A DNA stretch of 63,313 bases, the filler included, from Sphacelaria rigidula (lineage: Eukaryota): the NCBI GenBank assembly GCA_964200075.2. It is 8 parts of 8 records of this genome, joined end to end, with 100 filler letters (N's around TTAATTAATTAA, not from the genome) between each part and the next. Parts side by side here need not be neighbours in the genome. Positions count along the whole stretch, not along the records: positions 7,929 to 15,755 come from CAXNAA020013336.1; positions 15,856 to 23,682 come from CAXNAA020013337.1; positions 23,783 to 31,609 come from CAXNAA020013338.1; 5 more parts are not named here. One strand, 5' to 3'. The notes under the pieces are model-generated. The model made no database searches. It saw only the letters and a list, made by a program, of their open reading frames with translations, and was not told where the DNA came from. Both the position numbers and the translations under genes were made by a program. Positions within the stretch are counted from its first letter, which is position 1; each line of letters opens with the position of its first letter. This document shows positions 13,601 to 26,700 of this stretch, piece after piece.

Positions 13601-15109
13601 GTGGAGATCAATGTTGTTTGCCAGAGAGAAGGTCGCCTGCTTGGGGGCCTGATGTAGCCATGGTGGCTGTGGAGGCAGTTTCTTATGATTGTGAGGTGCA
13701 TCATCACAAATGTGTACCCGTAATTTCTTACTTTTCTAAAAAAAACGAGCCTGAGATTCTCAACGACCAAATTTTGAACATCTGGCGCGCTCTGTACTAC
13801 ACGTACTGTATCGAGCCCGACTCGTTACAGTACTGTTCTGTTGTTCCGCAGATACAGCGTTATGGATACTGTCCTGTATATCCCCACCGTGTGACGCGGC
13901 CCAACACCCCTGCTAGAGGGAGGATGACCTTCGACGCGCGAGCCATCTCGTAAATGTATCCATGTGTAGCGTGTGTACTTCACTGAGGTGGTACCGGCGT
14001 CGCCGTTTGCACTGCGAAGATCCTAAGCCGACGGTTGGCGTTCTTACCTCTAGTTCTGTACCACCTACAGAACCAGGAGTAGGGTCAGCAGTGACTGGTG
14101 GAGTCAGTGCAAGATGCGACTATTAGTAATAATCCTGCTGACAATCTTCACGACTAGTTTACCAAAACATGTATACGGTCTGAAGCCATGTACTTCTACA
14201 AGATTCCAAGTATCGTATATCAGGTACAGTAATATTACTCCCTTGCACGTGAAACCACTGGAGGCCAGGCACAAGCGACGGCCACCGTGCCCATCAGAAA
14301 CCTGACTGCTCGTTTGTTCTTCCCCTCGTTGTGTCTTTGACGCTCCGGAACTGCAAACATGTGGTCGCTGTTGCAGCGGTCAAAGCGGTTGCTCGCAGCC
14401 TGACCAATAAGGAAGGCGAACCGCTGCAGTACAAAACTACGGAAAAGGTTCAGCTCGCTACGGCGGACGTTACCGTGCCCGGCTCGCTACCTGAAGTCGT
14501 CAAAGGGTAAACTGAGAGAAAATAATTGTTCGAAAGAGCAGCGTACAGGAGACGACGCCAAATGTTCGGTAGCGTCAGGTGTTCGTACTCGATCCGATTG
14601 AGAGTTTGACGGGGCCTTGTTTCGCGCAGCACTTGTGGCAGTCATGATACTATACCACGGTTCCCGTCTGCCTTGCCATGTATAGCTTTAGGCTTGTGGC
14701 CTGCTGTAAGGGCTAGCTCTTGCTTATGTTGACGGGTTTCTGCGTACCCGCCGGCTGTGACTCCCTTCCCAAGATGTCTTCCTGAGCGGACTAGCGGCAG
14801 GGCAACCGCAAGTGCTCGCAGTCGAAGCTTGAGATTACATGTTGAAGGTTTCTGAGGATGCAGCGAAGTTTTTCACGACTGTATGTGGATGTTCACTATT
14901 TTCGGCAACATCCCCGTGGGTCCTGCATACAGCTGTTGGCCAAGGAACTGGCGACCAGGTCATACCAGTGCCACAAACGTACTTGCGATATGAACATTAA
15001 TTTTATTTTGTCCTCGCAACTTTTTTTGTGCGCCACAGAGCTTCGGCAGTCATTTTTGCATCGTCAGCAAGCAAGCAGGGAGGGTCTGCAAAGGCGGTGG
15101 ACTACGAAG
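10694..15109 (+). CDS. Plastid-targeted NAD(P)-binding Rossmann-fold protein (NAD_binding_10 / Tic62-like atypical SDR), 3'-partial
   Basis: Exon 10694-11147 ends VTVIGAGGKTGRECVEYLAASGT. Exon 14377-14506 reads AVKAVARS...ADVTVPGSLPEVVKG. Exon 15039-15109 reads ASAVIFASSASKQGGSAKAVDYEG. These are consecutive motifs of the family (GAxGxTG, xDVT, VIFxxSA, VDYxG). The signal peptide ends AWA-W. Intron 1 appears to use a GA donor. Confidence 0.85.
11301..12924. mobile_element. Four abutting foldback MITEs (PIF/Harbinger-like, TNA junctions) in intron 1 of the Rossmann gene
   Basis: Self-complementary units at 11301-11784, 11788-11967, 11971-12444 and 12448-12924, separated or flanked by TCA, TTA, TTA, TCA and TTG. 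Confidence 0.8.
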
Positions 15110-15755
15110 GTACTGCGTGCACTACTTTACCCATTGTGCGACGACAAACATCTCCTACTCGTGCATTATTTTTCAGTCGACTACAAACAAGCTAGTACAC
15201 CTTTCAATCGATACGTACGTCGGAGATGTGGACGCCGATGTGCATCTTGCTGTGGCGAATTGTTTCGCCCAACGCACGATCCGTTTCAGCAAGAAGCGAC
15301 AAAGCGACGGGTAGGCCGCCGCATTGCAACTCCCTTGGTCTGAGGAGGGAACGAGTAATAATAGTCACTGATAAGTTCGAACTTTTGTTCACCCTTCAAC
15401 GGGTGTCGTCCGGTTCCATGGAGGATGGTCAATCGCCTCAAGAAAGTAAAATCCCGGAGCTCAGTGTACCGTCGTTCTGGTGCAACAGGGTCCCATACAG
15501 TAATGCGTTTCCAATGTCCGCGAAATCATACTCTGGATAGGCATGTGCGTGCACTAACTGGTCAGAGACAGTGTAAACCCGTCTTTTTTAATACACGTTC
15601 CTTTGCTATATTTCCCATCTGTGTGTCTCTGTCTCTATTCCATTCGCTCGTCGCATGCGGAACTGTCCTTCTTCCCGCCCTTCCCCCGCATGCCATAGTA
15701 CAACCCCCCCCCCCCCCCCCCCCCCCCCCACCCAACCCCCCACCCCGGTCGCATC

Positions 15756-15855
15756 NNNNNNNNNNNNNNNNNNNNNNNNNNNNNNNNNNNNNNNNNNNNT
15801 TAATTAATTAANNNNNNNNNNNNNNNNNNNNNNNNNNNNNNNNNNNNNNNNNNNN
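15756..15855. other. Artificial contig spacer
   Basis: 44 N + TTAATTAATTAA + 44 N. Confidence 0.98.
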
Positions 15856-16002
15856 TCCGTCTCGAAAGGGATGCGTGATCAATGCTCAAACGACTAAGGC
15901 AAGCAACAAATGAGTACGCCCACTACGCTGCGCCCTATGTCTTCTCGCTCGCGCGCTATCTTCCCGCACTGTGGGCACATTTCAACGCCGCTCCCACGGT
16001 AG

Positions 16003-19000
16003 GCTCGTTTCTACTGGAGGCCGAACTCTACCGACGACGTCAACGACGATGGTGCGTGTGTCATTGCCATCACCGACGTCGACTTCAACTACCAGTTCGA
16101 GTACCTGGGGTCGAAGGAGCGTTTGGTGGTTACGCCGCTTACTGATAGGTGAAGACTCTACCTATGTGTATATATAAATATGAACAATTGCCCAGGCTCG
16201 CCGTTTCAGAGTACACGCGGGTAGTGCTTGCTCATTGCGGTGGGTTAGTAAGGTTTCTCGTGCAGCGCCACGAAGGAGAGAGTAGTGTTTGCCTATAGAG
16301 CAGGGTTTCCAGTCGATGGAAACAGAGCAGTGTAGATCGTGGAAGGTATCTTGAGTCGGTGATCGAGCAAGCGAGTACCTGTAACCGCACTACTGTAGAA
16401 TAACAAAACTGGAGTGTCATACGAGGTCGCTGGTTTGATACCCCTCGACCGAGAGGACTTCATTTCTTTCGTGGACGTGGGTTAGATGCGTGAACCTCCA
16501 CTAGCTAGTGGTCGCTTCCCTGCTATCCGATGGCCACGGTCCCGCTGCGGTGTCGTGCGCACGATGAAACACGCCAGTCTCTGGCGTTTTCCCCTTCAAG
16601 GCGCTCATGACTGACAACTGTTGTCATTTTCGATTTGCCGTACCGATTCAGTTATCGCTGTCCCGTCGCGATGCCCCCACTTTCAAATACTCTCCGTTCT
16701 AGTCCCTCCCGTGAATGAAAATATAAAAAAAATACCATCATTATGGATGGGATGCGATGAGATAGATGGGTCCTTTTTTTACGAGGTGCGTTTTTTTCTG
16801 GCTTTGGGGGTTTTGGACAAGGGGAAGACGGTATGGACTCACCCCTTTTGTCCAGACAATCCCACCATTGGGTTTGTACTCCTCCTTGACACCACTAACA
16901 ACGCAGGGCGTACATCACTCTTGCTCAAGCTTTGGGAATGTACTTCGGGGGCGCTCCCGCGGGTCCCGCCGGTACGGGGAAGACCGAGTCCGTCAAGGAT
17001 CTGGGGCGTGCGCTGGGAATCTTTGTGGTGAGCTATAATACTGTAGCTGTTGATCGGGTGGAGTCCGTAGATCGCGAATGAAACGGGCCCACCGGCATCC
17101 AACGCTTTTCAATTTTTATACTAGTTTCTCCCGCCACGTGCTTTTTTTGCGTGTGCCTTTTTGTGCAAGGCGTTTTTCACCTGTAGCGATGTTTGCACAG
17201 ACCGGCCAATTTTTGTCTTTCGTATTTTAGTCTTTTGTTTTTTTTTGTTTTTGTATTTTTGTATTTTTGCTCTTCTTCTTGGCCCACTCTGTTTGTTTGT
17301 TCTATCTCTCTTTTCTCTCCACTCTCCTTCAGCCGGTGTTTCCGTTCTGGTTTTACCTTGGGCACTCGTATTTGTCTTGTGGATAATGACCACTGCTAGA
17401 TCACTCGGCAATCAGTTAATGCGCAACAAATGATCAGTCCCGTCATGAATCATTTGCTGCTGGTATCAATCGAAGGCTACCGCGTGCACACAGAAAGAGC
17501 ATTCATCTGTCCGACGAAAGCTATCACAAGTTGACGAACACATACCCATCTCTCTGCATCCTTTCTCCGACCCCTCGACTGCATGATGGAACAGGTTGTG
17601 ACGAACTGCACCGATCAGCAGAAATACACCGATTGCGCGAAGATCTTCAAGGGGCTGTGTCAGGGAGGTCTGTGGGGGTGCTTCGATGAGTTCAACCGCA
17701 TTTTACTGCCAGTGCTTTCGGTTGTAGCCCAGCAGGTGAAGGAATGAATAGCAGGCCTATCGGTTCGCATGCACCGAGTGCAGTGTGAACTTTGGGCAAA
17801 AACACGGCATAAAGTCCTACAAAATGATGTTGATATGTCTTGCTGTTTTTTCGCTCATGCAGATCGTCCATCAATAAATCAATACATAAGTGCGGTTTGA
17901 ACGTAAAGCGAAAAAAAAGAAAAAAACGCCGTGTAAGGCCCTGACGTTGTGTTGAATCTACACTTCAAGTTTGTTGTTTTTTCGTCGCTCCTGCAGATTG
18001 TCTGGCGTGCTTGCCACCGCTCCTGCCATCTCGAGCCGCCCGAAGAGACGGACGGCCGCATTCACCACCTGCTCACAACCCGACCCTCTGTTACCGAGTG
18101 CATCAGGTACTCGCGATCCAGAACGCCAAAAAGACAGGCATGGAGTACTTCCAATTCCCTGGCGACCCGCAGAACATCCTGTTGAAGCCAGTGTGTGGAT
18201 TCTTCATCACGATGAACCCCGGATACGCTGGCAGACAGGAACTGCCGGAGAATCTCAAGGCTCTGTTCCGGGGCGTAGCCATGATGGTTCCCGATTTCCA
18301 GATCATCATGAAGGCAAGCATAGACAAAAATGCGGCATTTATAGCGTAGAAAAGTGCTGCGTGTAGTCGCATTTCACGTGCTGGTGGCCGAAGCAGGCCT
18401 GCGTTTTGATTGAAGCACAACGGTGGGTCGTCCACATGACGTCCTCATGTATACATATATTGGGGTTCGGCTCACGATCCATGCGCGGACGGCGCACACA
18501 GCACGTGGGTCAGGGTTGGGGTTAGGGCTACGGTTAGGGGATTTTGGATTAGGGTTAGGGTGTACGGAAGATATGCGTTTATATGAGTCATCGTTTTTCA
18601 TCAACACCGCTTCATGAGCACATGTACTCGCTGTGTGCGCGCACCACAAGACACGCCTATCATTCATTTATGGGGGGGTGGGGTCTCCATTCATCAGGTG
18701 AAGCTGTGTTCAGTGGGATACGGAGAGTTCGAGATTCTCTCTCAGAAGTTTTTCGTGCTGTACAACACGTGCAAGGAGCAGCTGTCGGCACAGAAACACT
18801 ACGACTGGGGGCTGAGGAATATTCTTGCTGTGAGTACCCTGCCGCGAAAACTGCGAACGATTAGTTCGCAAATTTAACGGCGATCACGTCGATGTGGTGG
18901 GAGTTAATATTGCCCTGGAAATACCGAAATTCCTCGTTGTCCGTGCCGATGTTGATCACACTATAAGGCAAGCTGCCTACGAGTTAATTTCCCAGGTTAC

Positions 19001-22000
19001 GTAAACTGCACTCACTATAGAGTGCTGGTCCCAGAAGCACAATCCGCTTCTAGCTCGGTTCAAGTGTTCATGAGAGCACGATCGATCAGTGCCACCCATA
19101 GTCATATGACTACGGCATGCAAGATCATGAGTACACCCCCCGCGTACCACTCCCTAGGGGCTCGACGTCGGTTGGGGACGGCGCCGTACAACACGTTACT
19201 CACTGCGTAAGCGAGGCAACCAAGTTACCGTTATTTTTCCTCTCTTGCGGTTTTCTGCGGTGACCATGATCTTGGTTGAGCTAGATGACCTTGTGCGGGG
19301 TGAACAACGAGGATGATCGTTCTGCTACATATTTTCTCAATTGTAGGACACTCAGGAGGCAGTGTAACCCGTGGCTGTCTCTTGAGGTGGCGATGCCAGG
19401 AAATGAAGCAACTCATTGGAGGCTGTCGTCCATATGCAAGATAATCGGTACGCTTCGAACCGAACAATCTTAGCAGGATGCAGCTCACCCTCCATGCGAC
19501 TCGCCAAACGAACGCATCACGGCGCTTCGCGGTTGGTGATTGGTTGCGAGCCTAGTCTGGCGAAAACCCGGCGTGCTCCGTCCCTGCTTTATAGGGATGC
19601 GAGGTCAACGGTGTTATGACTACGGTATTCATGATCATGAGTACACCCCCCTCCCCCCTCCCCCGAACTTCTTGTTGATGAAGACTCAGAACAGCACATC
19701 TTAGCCAATACGACACGAGCGCCCTCAACTAATGCCCACCTCCATCCCTACCATCCGCCCCCCCCCCGCCCCGGAAGGTGCTGCGTACAGCGGGGAAAAC
19801 GAAGCGCGACAATCCGGACAAGGCAGAGGCCTTCCTGATGTATCGAACCCTCAGAGACATGAACCTGAGCAAACTTGTGGCCCAGGACGTACCGCTGTTC
19901 TTGTCCCTATTGGCGGATCTTTTCCCCTCCACGTCAGCACCCCCGAAAGGAGAATACCCCGAGATCGAAGCTGCCCTGAAGGTGTGCAAACAGAAGGAGC
20001 GCGTTCTATTGCAGTCATGCATTGTTGGCGTAATCTGACTGCTACTACTGTACGCCATGTTTATGCGTAAGTAAATACATAATGACCCCTCGATGTTGGA
20101 CACTTTGCTTGCACGATCTTGCTGTTGGCCTACACTCATACTTGGAGGAAGAAGAAGATACATGCACTTTTTCGTGAACTCCACGGGCCTAGCACATTGG
20201 TTCTTCTGTGCATGTTGTCTATGTAAAAAAAGTAGTATTCTGGACGAGCAATATTTGTTTCTACGCTGCTTGCCGAGACGATATCTGGATGGATACACGT
20301 ATCCTCCAATACTGGATTTAGATTTCTTGGCGAAAATTTAAGTTAGACCCTCGCGTTCGGGTGGGATTCTGTTTCGCTGATCCTCTTCGTGGGAAGCGTA
20401 GGTGGCTGTCGAAGGCGAAAGGCTGGTGTATTTTGCTGGTTGGGTGGCCAAGGTTATTCAGGTGAGCAAACATGATTTTCTTGCTTCTTGTTTGTTCATA
20501 TTTTCATCGGGAACACTTTCTACGATAGCCCCCCTCCCCCCCCCAAAAAACAAACAAACAGCCCAAAAGTGTCACGAAAAAAATGGTCATACTATACAGC
20601 GCCTGATGTTTGGGTTCAGGCTGCATGAAGCGCCTCATATGGGCGGTGTTGGCGAGAACGAACCAGAGCGTGGGAATTCCCAGCTGCTCGTTGTGCTCGG
20701 CTTTTTCCATCTCGATTTACGTGAAGATTTTATTTCCCCGAACCAGGCACTTTTGGGGAGGGGGCTATCGTAGAAAGTGTCCGAGATCGGTACTGGATCC
20801 ACCACGGAGCCTTCTTCGTTACCTCCTATCCTTTCCTTCCCCATACGTTCCTCTTTTCTCACTTGTTATCTTGAGACGATTCTCGAAATTTCAAGTTCAC
20901 TTTTGTTTTGCTCTACTGTACCTTTTTTCGTCAGCACGATGTTGCCATAATGTAGTCATCGGCAGTTTGATTTTCCCGCATATTCCTTCTGCCTCACGCT
21001 ACGCAGCAGTATACGCGTCTCAACACCCGTCGTCAAACAACTCGTACCTTTTTCTGGTCTATATTTTCGTCAACATCTTTGTCGCGTCCACCATGCCGCA
21101 CTTCACAGCTCTATGAAACTACCCTGGTGAGACACGGGATCATGCTTGTGGGTCCCACCGGTGGAGGCAAGACCAAAATTTTCAGGTGCAAGTTCGCCGA
21201 CCACAGACCACGACGCAATGCGGCACAAAATCGGCGACAGCGCCTGCGGATCATTAGGGTATATATCATCTGCGGTGATTAGTTACTGTATGCCTTGTCT
21301 GTGGCGGGTTCTGTGCTCCATTGCGCATACCCAGCCTCAAGTTCGACGCAGCAAAATAGTGCGGATGGCGTGGGCGTTCGATTAAACCAGAGTTGCCAGT
21401 AAGCGTGCAAGCACCACCTTTCCGGTTTGGTAGTGCTCCTGGCTCACCTCGTAGTAATGTCAGTGTATGTGTGTGTGTGCATCTTCACGTCTTTGGTAGT
21501 GCATGCGGCCTTTACGTTGCGCCCTCTCGAGGATTCCAGCATGATCCACGCCCCCAGGTAGTTTTTGGCTGCGCAAAAATTATTCTCGCTGTCGACGCTT
21601 TCTGCAGTAGCACCGAGCAGGATCTCTTCCGATTGGAGTGATTAGATTGGCTTGACTGTCGTACTTTATCTGATCCTCCAGGTAGTCATGATCCAGCCGT
21701 GGTCATTGTCCACATGATAGACGTAACCGGGACAAAACAAAACTGAACCGCTCGCTGGAGAGAAGTGAAGAAAAACAGAATAGGTAGGACAGAGAAACAG
21801 AGTAGACCGAGGAAAAACGAAAAAAGAAAATGAAAGGAAGAAGCGAGTGAGAAGATTATGTCGGCGAATCCATTAGTTTTATACATCAAGCTCAACCATG
21901 CCCAAACCGGCTGAAGGAGTAGTTGCATGCTACTGTTTGACAGTACTTCTGACTTGACCGAGGCAATCACCGTTTCCCACCCCTCAATGCGTAACCCCAG

Positions 22001-23430
22001 ATGTCTGCGTACTGCGCTGGACAAAACTACGGGTATCACCCACAAGGACAGCCGCTTCAATCCCAAAGCAATCCGAGCGCAGGAAATGTACGGAGAAGTT
22101 GACCCCGCCACCGGGGAGTGGAACACAGGTACTGTTGCAGCAGGACGCTATTTTCCTCACAACGTAAGTTGTGTGTTTTTGGTGTACACGTAATGTGCTC
22201 AGAACTTTCTGCATACGATGGAGGGCCCGCACATTCAAACACGACACGCGGTTTGAGTCACCGCATAGACTAACGGTACCCGTCTGCCGATGCGTTTCGT
22301 CCGACAACGTCATCAACGCGGGCGCTTTCAGGTGTCTTCGCGGCTATGTGGGCAAAATACAACAACCGCCAAAACGCCTACAACACCTGGATCATCGCCG
22401 ACGGTCCCGTGGATGCCATCTGGATCGAAGATCTCAACACCGTGCTTGACGACAACAAGATATTGACGCTGGCCAACGGCGATCGCATGCCCATGACAGA
22501 CAACGTCAAAGCCATGTTTGAGGTGTGTATACCGTGCATTGTGGGGGGCATGGTCTCGATACGAACGAATCCTTGAGCATCGGAAATACCGCTGTTTTTC
22601 ACGGACGGGACAGGCTGCAGTCGCCTCTTTCCACATCACCTATTTGAGTTTCAGCGTCATTCCTCGGACCGGTGCTGAGCACTGCCTCTCTGCAACGTGC
22701 CCCTGCCCGCGCTGCAGAACTCGAAACATTATTTCGCTTTCACCCACGGAACATTTGCTTTTGAAAGCAAAACAAGACCCTACCATTGCACAGTACTCTT
22801 CGTGATCAGTACGAGCACGGTGTAGGAAAAACGCTACCTAAACCTGTATTCTCGTCCAAAATATTCGAAGATGGCATAAACAATCACCGTGCTGATCCTT
22901 CCCCCCCCCCCCCCTCCCCCACACACACAGATATCGACCGCAGAAACATGTGCCCCGAAAGATACATAGACCCATCTCTACTTCTACTAGGTCACTACGA
23001 CCAGCACGTTTTTCCACCGCCGCTCGCCCTATCCCCGATTGCTTAAGGTGGAGACCTTGGTGAATGCCTCTCCTGCCACAGTGTCCCGCGCCGGTATCAT
23101 TTTTGTTTCGGACACCGACCTTGATTGGTCTCCCGTGGTGGAAGGCTGGATCCTCAAAAGACCAACAGTTGAGCAGCCGGTCTTCACCGAGCTGTTTTCC
23201 AGGTTTGTTTCCAGCAGCTTCGGTGGCACACCATCAAAAATGGGTGATTCGCCAAAGCCAGGCTGTCAGAAGTACGTGACCGTCAGATCAAGTCGCCTCA
23301 TTCTCGTTACGATACGGCGACGTCATACTTTTTTTTTTGCCTTCTCGTTTGAACGGACAGATGGATGGGAGAGAGTGAGCCGACTAACCCAGGCCACTGC
23401 ATCGACTTCCTCAACAGAAACACATCGCAG
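16003..23430 (+). CDS. Axonemal dynein heavy chain, outer-arm gamma (DNAH5/8-like), internal fragment covering AAA1-AAA2, 12 exons
   Basis: Exons 16003-16148, 16907-17027, 17595-17735, 18107-18313, 18698-18829, 19778-19981, 20402-20461, 21109-21185, 22001-22128, 22332-22522, 23048-23202 and 23361-23430 splice in frame. Motifs: [107 protein letters not shown]. Confidence 0.96.
19136..19662 (+). mobile_element. Apparently full-length ~520-bp interspersed repeat bounded by C-runs
   Basis: Aligns along its length with 51347-51881 (reverse). Truncated copies at about 31800-32150, 38290-38590, 39178-39290, 37785-37865 (reverse) and 19095-19141. Shared terminus gactacggcatgca.gatcatgagtac(a)ccccc. 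Confidence 0.8.
20514..20779. mobile_element. MITE in a dynein intron
   Basis: TIRs CACTTTCTACGATAGCCCC / GGGGCTATCGTAGAAAGTG. A second copy lies in the opposite orientation at ~59899-60150 and a fragment at ~57665-57760. Confidence 0.8.
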
Positions 23431-23682
23431 GTACAGCGCGTCCTTAGAGTCCGTAAGCGTCGTCGATGGCAACCGCTTACGACAAATATGCGGACCCGAT
23501 CAGTTGCACCGGAGCTTGCCTCTTCAAGGCGCGTCCTACTTTGCCAATACTTGGGGTTTTTCCATGCGTTGCCTAACTGGAGAGATGTGGTTGTCAGGGT
23601 AGGAAGGACGGGAGGGGGGCGTGGGGGGGTGGGGGGGGGCGGACTCATTTGTTGCTTGCCTTAGCCGTATAACCATTGGCCA

Positions 23683-23782
23683 NNNNNNNNNNNNNNNNNN
23701 NNNNNNNNNNNNNNNNNNNNNNNNNNTTAATTAATTAANNNNNNNNNNNNNNNNNNNNNNNNNNNNNNNNNNNNNNNNNNNN
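23683..23782. other. Artificial contig spacer
   Basis: 44 N + TTAATTAATTAA + 44 N. Confidence 0.98.
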
Positions 23783-26700
23783 CAACTCGCTCTCACTTCT
23801 CGTTTTTTTTTTTTGCACCACTCGACGTGTTGCGCGGATTGATGATAAAAATATTGTGTCAAAATTGCAGGGCCTGACTCTTCGATTTGCTAAACGCATC
23901 TCCACTCTTCGTTTGAAAATCGCCGATGGCCGGCCCAGCTCGTACTGGGTGGATTTTAGCCAGACTGCGATGAGAAGGTATATTCAGATACATACTACAG
24001 CTGTGTATCGCTTTAGTTGCGATATAACCCTCTGTACACTTTTTTGTCTCCGTCGCGTCTTCATTCTGGGGATGGTGATGGTAAACGTGACACTAACCCC
24101 CGGCGTACACTGGATGGGGCTTGCTGCGGCAGCGCGACCCCAAGGGCGAAGCCATGAGCATTAACAACATCCCCAGCAGTTTTTTAGTTCCCTCAACACA
24201 AAAGTGGACGGGACACCTCAGGAAATGGCCCGCAACGTGCCCAACTCCTCCAAGTTCTTCTCCCCTTGTCTCAGTAATCGTTACTTGTGCCCGTCTCACG
24301 CTACTCTCAGACGGTCACAAAAAATCTCCATTTCGATGAGAGATCACGTAGAAACCGATTTTGTTCTACCTCCGGCAGTACCCTCTCATCAGCCGGGGGG
24401 CGGGGGGGGGGGGGTTCAGTTGAAGCTACGCCCTCGAGGCGTACACTACATGGTGATGAACCGATCTCCAATACACTGTTGTACCAGGTCAATGAAATCG
24501 AGTTCGCAGTGACAGCTCCAAACGTTGACTGGAAACCGGTATTATAGCAGCATGCACCGACCACGCAATGCTTGCAGCGATGCACTTTCTTGAAAAGTTG
24601 CAGCTCACGCAGCTCTCTATCTCACCATTATACCACCTATGATCGGGTGCACGAGCGAAGCCGACGGGATCTCCGCAACATGCGCGTAGCGTACAGTCTG
24701 CATTTGAAGCACTCCGGTCGAGGGGCTATGTATAAACAAGGTCGGGTTCAAATTTTGGCGAAACACAGATAGTACATTGCATTGCATTGCATCACGGTGC
24801 ATGTTATATCTTACCTTAGACCTAGAAGGACACTTCCCATACGGGAGGATTGGGTTATTGAAGCACACACACTTGCAATTGCAAGCCAGTCCCTGCCAAG
24901 CTTACCCCACGTGACTGCTGTACCAAACACGTGAAGGTGGATAAAACGCCTTCGGATGACAAAAAGCTTTTAAGAGAGGATTATCTCCGGGAATAAGGAC
25001 CACTTCACCCCCCGATATGCCCATCCCGAAGATCTCGATGAGATTTTTCCTACGACAATAATTTCGGCGGAGCGTCGACCATGGCTTTGGAGGAAATGGA
25101 GGTATGAAAGCATCAACATCCGGAGTGTCGACGGCCCGTCGCGAACCCGTTTGGACTGCTGTACCTTCAAGAACATGTAATGTGAGGACGCTCAAGACAC
25201 CCAGGGACACATATACACAGAGAGACAAGCGGAACTAACCATCATGGCCCTCAGGTGATCATAGCAATCCACTTCCGGCACCTCGTCCGTCGTAATTCTT
25301 TCACAAGTGAAATGCTTTCTATGCGCCGTAATATTGACTGTGCGATGATGCGTGATGTCTGCTTTCCTCTCGAAGCCAAGGAGTGTTTCGTGGTTTGGGC
25401 TATCGATTCAGCCCTCCTAGTGATATTCAGACCCGCGGTTGCTATGTAGGAGATGAGGGATTACCGAGTATACCACGCACATAGAAAACGGCAAACATCA
25501 CTCCGCTGGTCAGAAGATGTAACTGCAATGGGGAGCTTCTGTTGCTACTCTCCCACGCTGCATGAAATCCACCGAGAAGAAGAAGCAAAGATAAAACTGA
25601 TGTGAATAATCCAATCACAACAGCGAGCACGTTGCTTTACCAATCAGTTAGTAGAAAAGAGCAAAGCGTTACCACCAACCACGTCAAAAAATGAACCAAA
25701 CTTCGAACAACAAAAGCGATGACATTTATACTCATGTCTGTACTGATACGCATGCATGATGGACGCAGAGGCTTCCAAAAACAAGAAAGAGGAAATGCTT
25801 AAACACAGAAGCCACATCATAGGGGATGGGCGGGGCAGAATACAGAAACAACGCATAAAGCGGAGAATGAGGGAACGCCATACACATAATCGATTATGAG
25901 TAGTAGGGCCCGAGTAGGGCGTGGCTAAAAAAACGACGAGGGTAGGTGGGAGACAGTAATAATAATAACTTACGTAATCAACTACATGCTAAATGTCATG
26001 CTCATTTATGTATGTGTCGGGGATGGATTATTACATACATTCGGTTAAAGTATTGGCTCTTCTCCTGTGCATTCCTCGTTTGCAATCCATGCCATGAGTT
26101 GCCCCCCAAACGACTTGAAGTTTATATTGTCTGAAATGGAAGATGACAGCTGCGATTGAAAAGTCTACACGAAGCGGAATTAGTTGAGCCGCTGTGGGGA
26201 TATCAAAGCCCATCATCGTATCAATCGAAAGCACGCACAAATGATTTTGATTGCAGTGGAGAACGAGGGGGTAACCAGAAAAAGATATAGGCTACACAGC
26301 AAAGCAGTGGGACATTTCGGGCGCGGTTTTTCCGCCCTCTTCGAAGCTGGTTGCGATAAACGACGGGTCCCCAAATATCCACACAACGCCCAAGCCTGGC
26401 GATGTGGTATCACCCACGAAATTCACCACATATCTGCATAGCTTGTTCTGTGTATTAATGTCACATCGGCGCTTGCGTAGTGGGCTGCTGGTGATTATAC
26501 TGTACATTACGCCGGATACACGCAAGTCTGTAGTTATAGCAAGGATACTAAAAATGCTCGACGAAATGGAAAACTCGCACAGTAGGGGCAACATTTGAGT
26601 AGTAGGCTTGATTGAATGGATACAAATAATATGCTGAACGTGGCTGGCCAAGGCAGTCGCCATCACTTCAAACGGCCGAAAGCTTAAGCAAATATAGAAA

